64,000 nt of DNA from positions 23,473-87,472 of the forward strand of contig CAMCHP010000002.1 in assembly GCA_945874695.1 (NCBI GenBank). Direction: 5' to 3'. The stretch is from Chryseobacterium gleum (GTDB lineage: Bacteria; Bacteroidota; Bacteroidia; Flavobacteriales_D; Sanyastnellaceae). Both the position numbers and the translations under genes were made by a program. Below, piece by piece: positions 56,912-64,000 of this stretch (position 1 is its first letter; each line of letters starts with the position of its first letter). The notes below the pieces were generated by a model. It did no database searches. It saw only the letters and a program-made list of their open reading frames with translations, and was not told where the DNA came from.

Positions 56912-59566
56912 TTAGCGTGCAATAACCACGCGACGTGTTGATTGCTCTCCTGCTGCGGTTGTGAGGCGCACTAAATAAACGCCTTCAGGTTGATCAGCGA
57001 ACGAAAGCTCAAGGTTACCTTGGGTTGTGGTTTGCTCGACCATCCGACCGGTTAGGTCGAAAACCTCTAAACGATGAACACCCATTGGCATGCTGATGTA
57101 AACCACATCATTTGCAGGGTTCGGGTAAAGGTTCCAGGCAATTGTTCCTTGTTCTGTGATGCCAATTACGTTATCGGTAATTTCAACGCAGTAGTCTTCC
57201 ACTTCGCCGTATTCCATTTCTTCGCACGAGACGGGCGGCGGATCGGCACCAAAGAAGCCCGCGTATTTCATGCTCACACGCAAGCGCGAAGAGCCCGCCT
57301 CAGCCGTTACCGGAATGTTGATGGTTGCTGTTGTGGCTTCAGCCACTGCGCCTGAGGTGTAAAGGATTTCACTGTCTTCGAATGAGCCATTTTGGTTCAG
57401 GTCAATCCATACACGGAAGAGCTCTGAAAATGCAAAGCCTTCAAAGCCCGGCGTGAGCGTGATTTCGTAGTTGCCCCCTGGATCGAGTGTGGTTGACAAA
57501 CTCAAGTTCATGGTGTAATCGCCATAGCCGCCATTGTTTCCGCTGGTGTTTTCGAGGGTGTTGATGACGACGCGATCAATCCACTCGTCAGCGGTGCCGC
57601 CAAAAGATGCACAGAAAGGCAAGTCAGCACATGGGCCACAGCCAAAGGTGGTAAAGCTGCCTGCAAATTCAGGAGCGAGGCCATCAACGACACAAACGAT
57701 ACCGATTGCAACATCGTACATGGTGCATGCATCGAGGTCGGTGAAGGTGTAGGTCGTTTCAGTTACGCCATCGATTTGAATCGGGTCGCCGCCCATGGGG
57801 GTGAGTACCAAGGTGTACGATTGTGCAGCAAGTACGCTTGACCAGCTGAAGGTCGCACTGTTTTCACCAATGTTTGAAAGTGTGTAAGAATCACCTTCTG
57901 GGTACTCGCAGCACCCATCGGTAACCCATGTGACCATGGCAGACCAATTGCTGTCGCTTTCTTCACAGCTCGCGCTAACTTGCGCTTCAATTTCGGCACA
58001 CCAATCAAGACCTGGAATGGTGTATGACGTCGCATCGAGGTCATTTACCTCGATCCATACCTCGCTGCCCACTTCACGGTAGCGGAGGTTGAAGCTGAGC
58101 ATCGCAGCGGTTGCATTCCACGCAACGGTGTAATTGCCGTTGCCATCAGCCGAGGCGTTTACTCCAAATGGGGCGAGGCAATCGCTGTCGCTGCAGCTTT
58201 GTAAAATGAGTTGAATCGAGTTGTTTGCATTCAAGCGACCACCGCTAATCACTTCATCAGCCAAGTTTGCAACCGGGTCAGTACCCTCCATCAACACTTG
58301 GTAAACATAATCGGCCCCAGCTTGTGGGTCGGCGCTTACGAGTGCCATGAACGACGGACAAGGCGTTGAGTAAATAAGTGCAATTGCACCCGCGGTTAAG
58401 GGTGATGCAAATGAAGTTCCTGATGTTGAACCGTAGCTGTTAGAGCCACTGGTTGTGAACACATCAGCACCGGGTGCTGCCAAGTCGATGGTGTTAATGC
58501 CATACCCAGAGAAGGTACGCACGTCGTTGTTGTTTGACGCTGTAACGGCAACCATGTATGGGCTTGCACAACCGGTAGGCATGTCGCCCACCACATCAAT
58601 GTTAACGTTGTTGTTTGCGGTTGCGCCGCAGCTCAAAATGCCTTCTTCACCGAGCGTGTCGTAAACAGCACACCAAATGGGGTAGTTGTTTGCATTGGCA
58701 TTGTCAATTCCCCATGAAGCGTTCGTTGCTACTACGAAGGCACCGCTGGCTCCGCCGCTGGTGTTGTACAGCATGCGCATAGTAAGCGGGTAGTTGTAAG
58801 CTGAAACAACCGAGGCTTCGCTGCTGATGTTTTCACCGGCAACAGACATGATTTTCACATCCCAGTTGATGCCTGATACGCCGAGGTTATTGTTGCCTTT
58901 AGCGCCAATCATCCCCATCACTTGGGTGCCGTGGTTTCCTGTAAATACGCCCGCGTCGTTTTGTGATTGAACGTTCCATCCGTTGTAGTCATCGATGTAG
59001 CCGTTGCCGTCGTCATCGATACCATTCCCTGGAATTTCTTGGGTATTCACCCATTTGTTGTCAACCAAATCGGGGTGGTTCAGGTTGCCCCCTTCGATTA
59101 CACACACAACGATTTCATCACCAAAAGCGGTGGTTCCACCGGTTGTGATGTCCCATGCCAAATCAGAGTCGATGTCGGCATCATTGGCATTTACGTGGTG
59201 CCATTGCTGGTTCAGCTGCGGGTCGTTCGGCGTAGTTTCGCGCTGTTTCACCGTGTGATTAAACTGCACGAGCACAATGTCGGGGTGGTTTGCAAAAGCG
59301 CGCTTCATGTCAAAAGCATTCACCGCCGATGCGTCAAAGCTAAAGTGCCACATGCGCATGTGCTCGCTGAGCATAGCGATGGGTGCAACGCCCGTTGGCT
59401 TGCCATAGGCAACGGCCAAATCTTGCACAATTTGGTTCACCTTGCTGTTGTCGGTTACTTGAGCCAGCATTTCGCCCGGCAAAAATTCGGTTTCACCGAA
59501 AGTCAGCTGTGCATTTGCTGAAATCGTCAGCAAAAACAAAGCCATTAAAGCGTAAAAATGTTTCAT
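56912..59566 (-). CDS. S8 subtilase with FN3 x2, GEVED domain and T9SS type A CTD
   Basis: PNDP...QW, NHGT..MG, NASWG, DLAAPG, GTSFASP; WIDLNQNG...RLRV...GEVEDY; LYPNPA...VFDLTGR...GVYLV CTD. Confidence 0.92.
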   Translation of the reverse strand: MKHFYALMALFLLTISANAQLTFGETEFLPGEMLAQVTDNSKVNQIVQDLAVAYGKPTGVAPIAMLSEHMRMWHFSFDASAVNAFDMKRAFANHPDIVLVQFNHTVKQRETTPNDPQLNQQWHHVNANDADIDSDLAWDITTGGTTAFGDEIVVCVIEGGNLNHPDLVDNKWVNTQEIPGNGIDDDGNGYIDDYNGWNVQSQNDAGVFTGNHGTQVMGMIGAKGNNNLGVSGINWDVKIMSVAGENISSEASVVSAYNYPLTMRMLYNTSGGASGAFVVATNASWGIDNANANNYPIWCAVYDTLGEEGILSCGATANNNVNIDVVGDMPTGCASPYMVAVTASNNNDVRTFSGYGINTIDLAAPGADVFTTSGSNSYGSTSGTSFASPLTAGAIALIYSTPCPSFMALVSADPQAGADYVYQVLMEGTDPVANLADEVISGGRLNANNSIQLILQSCSDSDCLAPFGVNASADGNGNYTVAWNATAAMLSFNLRYREVGSEVWIEVNDLDATSYTIPGLDWCAEIEAQVSASCEESDSNWSAMVTWVTDGCCEYPEGDSYTLSNIGENSATFSWSSVLAAQSYTLVLTPMGGDPIQIDGVTETTYTFTDLDACTMYDVAIGIVCVVDGLAPEFAGSFTTFGCGPCADLPFCASFGGTADEWIDRVVINTLENTSGNNGGYGDYTMNLSLSTTLDPGGNYEITLTPGFEGFAFSELFRVWIDLNQNGSFEDSEILYTSGAVAEATTATINIPVTAEAGSSRLRVSMKYAGFFGADPPPVSCEEMEYGEVEDYCVEITDNVIGITEQGTIAWNLYPNPANDVVYISMPMGVHRLEVFDLTGRMVEQTTTQGNLELSFADQPEGVYLVRLTTAAGEQSTRRVVIAR

Positions 59567-59692
59567 TATTCCAGGATTGATTCGGTTTCAAAAGGCCATT
59601 CTTCGAATGCCTGTGCAAAATACAAAGAGTAAGCGACTTACCCGAAGTAAATTTCAGCGCAATCTTCCATTGCTGAGTGTTGATAAACGTTT

Positions 59693-62167
59693 TTACTCAT
59701 AATAGTACACCCGATGCACACGTTGCGAGATGCCTGCGATGATTTCATACGGTATGGTACCCGCGGCAACAGCCAACTCACTTAAGGTTGGCGCATCGCC
59801 AAAAAGTTGCACTTCATCGCCCTCGCTGCAGGGTAAATCGGACACATCGAGCATCGTCATATCCATGCACACATTGCCTACCACCGGGGCGCTTTTGCCG
59901 TGAATCATAGCCCATCCTTTTCCCTTACTCAAGTGGCGCGGATAGCCGTCTGCGTAGCCCACAGGCACGGTTGCAATGGTTCGCGGGTGGTCGGCAAGAT
60001 CTCCGCGGCCGTAGCCTACACTTTCACCCGAAGCAATCGTGTGAATTTGTGAAATGCGTGTTTTTAGACTGCCTGCCGGCAGGATGTGGGGCGCATCGAC
60101 CGGGCAGGCAGGCACACCATACAAACCAATACCCAATCGCACCATGTCAAAATGGGCCTCCGGGAAACGAAGCAGTCCTGAAGTGTTGCAAATGTGGCGC
60201 ATAATAGGATGGCCCAATGCTGCTTCAAGCTGTGCAGCACCCTCCTTGAACTGCGCGATTTGTTGCCGGGTGAACGCGTCGTAAGCCGCATCGTCGGCCG
60301 CCGAAAAGTGGCTCAATACACCCACAACGCGCACCCGTGTTTCATGCGTGAGTCGCTCGGCCAAGGCCGCCAACTCGTGCAGCGCAAACCCCAAGCGGTG
60401 CATGCCGGTATCAATTTTGATGTGAATCGGATACTGCGTTACGCCATCGTGCGTGCTGATTTCAGCCAACAAGGTGTCTAAAATGCGGAAGCTATAAATT
60501 TCAGGTTCAAGGCGGTGCTTGATCAACGCGGGCATCCCTGCGGCATCCGGACTCAACACAAAAATAGGCGTGGCAATGCCAGCCGCCCGCAACGCGACCC
60601 CCTCGCTCACATAAGCCACTCCGAAGTAGTCAACCCGATGAAAAGCAAGTGTTGACGCCAGCTCAACGCCACCCGTGCCGTAGCCGAAAGCCTTGACCAT
60701 TGCCATCACGCGTGTATTGCCTTGCAGTCGGCTCTTGTAGAAATTGTAATTGGCCACCACGCGGGTGAGATTAATTTCAAGCACCGACGAATGGGCCATC
60801 GACTGCAGGCGACGCACCACCCGATCAAATTTGAAATGGCTTGCCCCTTTGATGAGCACTGCGCTGTCGCTAAAAACCAACTCGTCGAGCTCATGCAGCA
60901 ATGCCCCGGTGTTTGCGTAAAAACGCGCCGGAATGGTGAATATCGCTTGCGCCGCTTGCAAGTCGCCTCCCACAGCAATTAATAAATCAATGCGGTGGTT
61001 TTGCAACAGGCTATTCACACGGGTGTACAAGGCTTTCGGCGCGACCCCTGTTTGAAGAATGTCGCTCAAAATCAACACCCGGCGTTTGGCGTGCGTAATT
61101 TTAACCAATTCATCGAGGGCAACCTCCAGCGCATTGAGGTCGTTGTTCCAAACATCGGTGATCAGCGTGCTGTTGTTCACCCCCTGCATGCGCTCCATGC
61201 GCAGTTCAAGCGGACGAAGTTCGGCTACCCGCTGGGCAATCACCTTAAAATCATAGCCCCGATCGAGCATCACCGTGATGCACGTGAGTGCGTTGCATAC
61301 CGCATGAACATCGGTGAATGGAATATCAACACATGCCTCCATCCCTTTGTAGGCCAGCGTGAGTTGTGCATGGGCGTCGCCGCGAACCCAGCGGCTGCAA
61401 TTGAGGTCGGCGTTGGGGTTGTTGAATGCCCAAGTCACCCTTCTTCCTTGGAAAGCTAACGCGTTCAGGGCGGCTAACCCATCCGGCTGATCAAGCCGAA
61501 AAAAAACAACCTCACACCCTTGAAACAGCACGCACTTTTCATCAGCGATTGCGCGCTGCGAAGCGAAGTTTTCGCGATGTGCCTCGCCGATGTGTGTTAA
61601 AATGCCAAATTTGGGCTGGATAACCTCGGCCAAAGCACGCATTTCGTTCGGATGTGAAATGCCCGCCTCAAAAAGTGCCAATTCGTCGGTTTCTTGCAGT
61701 TGAAGAACCGACAAAGGCACACCAATTTGACTGTTGTAGCTGCGTGGCGAACGCGCGATGCGGAAATCGGGTGCCAACAATTGATACAACCACTCTTTCA
61801 CAATGGTTTTGCCGTTGCTGCCTGTGATGGCAAACACCTCAGCCGCAAATTGGCGCCGATGCTGGGCTGCAAGCGCTTGCAAAGCTTGAACGCTGTGCTT
61901 GACTTCAATGAAGGTGACGGCGTCGAATTTAAGCAGTTCTGAAGCGTCTTCTACGATGAAGAAACGCACGCCGCGGCTAACGGCTTGGTGGAGGTAACGA
62001 TGCCCGTCGTGACGTGCACCTCGAATGGCCACAAAACAAACACCCGTGCCATCAGTCACCAAGCGTGTATCGGTAATTACGCGGTCAAAGGGCTGCGTGA
62101 GGTCGCCTCTACTACCCACAAGGCACGCTTGAGGCAGCGTGCTTAAACGCAAGTGCGCCTTGCTCAT
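59693..62167 (-). CDS. alr: Bifunctional MurF-like ligase / alanine racemase
   Basis: [21 protein letters not shown] (Mur ligase); [10 protein letters not shown] (PLP Lys), [34 protein letters not shown] (Alr). Confidence 0.93.
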   Translation of the reverse strand: MSKAHLRLSTLPQACLVGSRGDLTQPFDRVITDTRLVTDGTGVCFVAIRGARHDGHRYLHQAVSRGVRFFIVEDASELLKFDAVTFIEVKHSVQALQALAAQHRRQFAAEVFAITGSNGKTIVKEWLYQLLAPDFRIARSPRSYNSQIGVPLSVLQLQETDELALFEAGISHPNEMRALAEVIQPKFGILTHIGEAHRENFASQRAIADEKCVLFQGCEVVFFRLDQPDGLAALNALAFQGRRVTWAFNNPNADLNCSRWVRGDAHAQLTLAYKGMEACVDIPFTDVHAVCNALTCITVMLDRGYDFKVIAQRVAELRPLELRMERMQGVNNSTLITDVWNNDLNALEVALDELVKITHAKRRVLILSDILQTGVAPKALYTRVNSLLQNHRIDLLIAVGGDLQAAQAIFTIPARFYANTGALLHELDELVFSDSAVLIKGASHFKFDRVVRRLQSMAHSSVLEINLTRVVANYNFYKSRLQGNTRVMAMVKAFGYGTGGVELASTLAFHRVDYFGVAYVSEGVALRAAGIATPIFVLSPDAAGMPALIKHRLEPEIYSFRILDTLLAEISTHDGVTQYPIHIKIDTGMHRLGFALHELAALAERLTHETRVRVVGVLSHFSAADDAAYDAFTRQQIAQFKEGAAQLEAALGHPIMRHICNTSGLLRFPEAHFDMVRLGIGLYGVPACPVDAPHILPAGSLKTRISQIHTIASGESVGYGRGDLADHPRTIATVPVGYADGYPRHLSKGKGWAMIHGKSAPVVGNVCMDMTMLDVSDLPCSEGDEVQLFGDAPTLSELAVAAGTIPYEIIAGISQRVHRVYYYE

Positions 62168-62829
62168 GGCGTTTCAGGCGATTCGTTGTCGGCGCTTGAT
62201 TTCAAAAGGGCTTTGCGAATAGCCACCAAGTCATCATCGGTGATGTAGGTTGGATCGACCATCGCGCGATTGAAAGCCCCGCGTGAGAGCGGCACATAGA
62301 GGTCTTTTTCGCCCAGCTCAACCAAGCGATCGCTGGCTGTTAAGCGAAAAGAATGATGGGCCAAATCGCCTGTTTTGATGCAAATGGCATGCACCTTCGT
62401 CACAAATTCAGCCATGGCCAGCAATTGCGGCATCGGACCGAAGGGCCTCCCCTTGAAATCGAGGTCAAGCCCAGCGATGATCACCCGAATGCCGCGATTG
62501 GCCAAAACAGAGCACACATTGGGCAGTTCATCATCGAAAAACTGGGCTTCATCAATGCCAATCACATCCACTTCGCTTGTTAACAGCAACAATTGCGAAC
62601 TGTGTGGAATGGGCGTCGATTGAATGGCATTGCGATCGTGGCTCACCACCTCATCATCGCTGTAGCGCCTGTCGATCAGGGGTTTAAATATCTCGATGCG
62701 CTGCCGAGCAAACTGCGCGCGGCGCATCCTTCGAATCAGTTCCTCGGTTTTTCCAGAAAACATTGAACCGCACACCACTTCAATCCAACCGCGTTGGCTA
62801 TTTCTGTTTTCTGCATTTTCAGGAATCAT
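62164..62829 (-). CDS. tdk: Thymidine kinase
   Basis: [38 protein letters not shown]...PFG; TAACTTTG at 62835-62842 supports ATG 62829. Confidence 0.95.
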   Translation of the reverse strand: MIPENAENRNSQRGWIEVVCGSMFSGKTEELIRRMRRAQFARQRIEIFKPLIDRRYSDDEVVSHDRNAIQSTPIPHSSQLLLLTSEVDVIGIDEAQFFDDELPNVCSVLANRGIRVIIAGLDLDFKGRPFGPMPQLLAMAEFVTKVHAICIKTGDLAHHSFRLTASDRLVELGEKDLYVPLSRGAFNRAMVDPTYITDDDLVAIRKALLKSSADNESPETP

Positions 62830-62834
62830 AGCGT

Positions 62835-62860
62835 CAAAGTTAGCCAAAAGCGTATTTTTG
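62835..62860. promoter_or_regulatory. Back-to-back -7 elements for tdk (TAACTTTG, minus) and the lipoprotein gene (TATTTTTG, plus)
   Basis: Both match TAnnTTTG within a 48-bp divergent gap. Confidence 0.6.
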
Positions 62861-62877
62861 GGTAACATACTGAGAAC

Positions 62878-63288
62878 ATGAGGACACTTTTTTTCGTTAT
62901 CAGCATGACTGTGCTGGTTGTCGGCTGCAAAAAAACCCCGGGAGACGGTGGTTTGGCGACCATACGTGGCAATGTTGTTCAAGAAATTCGTTTCGTTTTA
63001 ACGAATCCTGCCACCTACGCCACTGAATATCCGGCGCCTGATGCAGATGTTTGGATTGTATATGGCGACAATGTTTCACCGAATGAGCGCGTTAGAACCA
63101 ATTATGATGGCGCGTTTGAATTCCAATTCCTTCGCCCCGGTGATTACACCATCTACGTTTACAGCAACGACACCACCGGCGCCCCTGATGTGGCACCGGA
63201 CCGGATGCCCATCATCAAAAAGGTTACCATCGACGAACGCAGGCAAGATATTGATCTCGGTGAATTCCGGATTTATGACCGTCCATAA
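62878..63288 (+). CDS. Hypothetical lipoprotein (prealbumin-like fold)
   Basis: Lipobox [28 protein letters not shown]. Confidence 0.75.
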   Translation: MRTLFFVISMTVLVVGCKKTPGDGGLATIRGNVVQEIRFVLTNPATYATEYPAPDADVWIVYGDNVSPNERVRTNYDGAFEFQFLRPGDYTIYVYSNDTTGAPDVAPDRMPIIKKVTIDERRQDIDLGEFRIYDRP

Positions 63289-63946
63289 ACAACTGCTTAC
63301 CGCACTTTGGGTGGTAGCGGCTCATGTGCTGCAAGCACAAACCGTGCAGCGCGATGCCGGCCTATGGTTGGGCGCCTCTGGGGAATACGAGATCAATGAC
63401 CGAATTTCGCTCGATGGAGAGCTCGAAACGCGCGTGCATCAGCAGTTTTCGAGGTACCACGCCCTCTTACTCGACTTGGGTGGAAGCTATAAAATCGACA
63501 AAAACTGGAGCCTTGGTGCAGGTTATCGCCTTGGGCATCGGCTCCGTTTAGATGATCGCCAAGATTTTCGCCGGCGATTTAACACCGACGTAAAATACCG
63601 TTTCAAAACAGGCGACACGAAAGTTGATTTTCGCTTGCGCTACCAAGCAGGCAGAAACCGTACCGAAGAGCAACTTTCAGACCTCCGAAATGCGTTGCGA
63701 TTTCGCGCGAAAGTTTCGCATAAACTGGCAAAACGCACCTACCTCGCGGCATCTGGCGAGTTGTTTTACGGCTCACGCCGCGGCGAATTTATGATGACCG
63801 ACTGGCGTTTTCGCTTGATGCTTGAGCGCCGATTGGGCAAAGGCCGCAGCATCACAGGCGGCTACCTCGTGCAACGTGAAGTCAATCGAAACCGTCCGCT
63901 ACTCGAAAACGTGCTGACCCTGAGTTACGGTTTTGGCTTGAATTAA
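63275..63946 (+). CDS. DUF2490-like outer-membrane beta-barrel protein
   Basis: Signal peptide from ATG 63275; DAGLW, alternating beta-strands, FRLRYQ, LRFR, E.FY motifs. Confidence 0.7.
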   Translation: MTVHKQLLTALWVVAAHVLQAQTVQRDAGLWLGASGEYEINDRISLDGELETRVHQQFSRYHALLLDLGGSYKIDKNWSLGAGYRLGHRLRLDDRQDFRRRFNTDVKYRFKTGDTKVDFRLRYQAGRNRTEEQLSDLRNALRFRAKVSHKLAKRTYLAASGELFYGSRRGEFMMTDWRFRLMLERRLGKGRSITGGYLVQREVNRNRPLLENVLTLSYGFGLN

Positions 63947-64000
63947 GGGGGTGTTTTCCGCCTAAACGGCGGGATGGGGATGCTTCTTTTTGTGCCGCGT

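Noticed and set aside
59693..62167. MurF-Alr fusion as a novelty
   Set aside because: A common Bacteroidota fusion.
63041..63274. N-terminal extension of the DUF2490-like ORF, and similar extensions of purD, purQ, tdk, the kinase and DUF4271
   Set aside because: The extensions overlap neighbouring genes or promoters; signal peptides and -7 elements point to downstream starts.

Overview
A mostly core-genome, gene-dense segment of a Bacteroidota chromosome. The assignment rests on TAnnTTTG '-7' promoters, T9SS C-terminal sorting domains, a PorP/PorE locus and a MurF-Alr fusion; a Flavobacteriales/Cryomorphaceae-like organism is an inference. It holds 36 supportable CDSs. Housekeeping genes include dxs, purQ, purD, asd, hutU, rnr, ppa, rnpA, hemD, murF-alr, tdk and an rsmF-like gene. 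There are also LPS glycosyltransferases with a WaaL-like ligase, a LytS/LytTR two-component system, four T9SS cargo proteins (including a 3405-aa, 31-repeat adhesin with cognate PorP and PorE), a Dna2-like nuclease-helicase and one tRNA with a CAT anticodon. No integrase, transposase, prophage or CRISPR array is visible, and I found no clearly novel multi-gene system. The best leads are: (i) an apparently independently transcribed ~105-nt sRNA with an ECF-type promoter and intrinsic terminator between the adhesin operon and an S8 protease, plus a weaker second candidate at ~38.1 kb; (ii) repeated near-leaderless promoter-to-start spacing; (iii) a 0.9-kb REP- and hairpin-rich non-coding stretch at the window start; (iv) a subtilase with Glu at the catalytic Asp position; (v) the uncharacterised Dna2-like enzyme; (vi) a Tat-lipoprotein SOD. 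All family calls come from motif recognition by eye; no searches were run.
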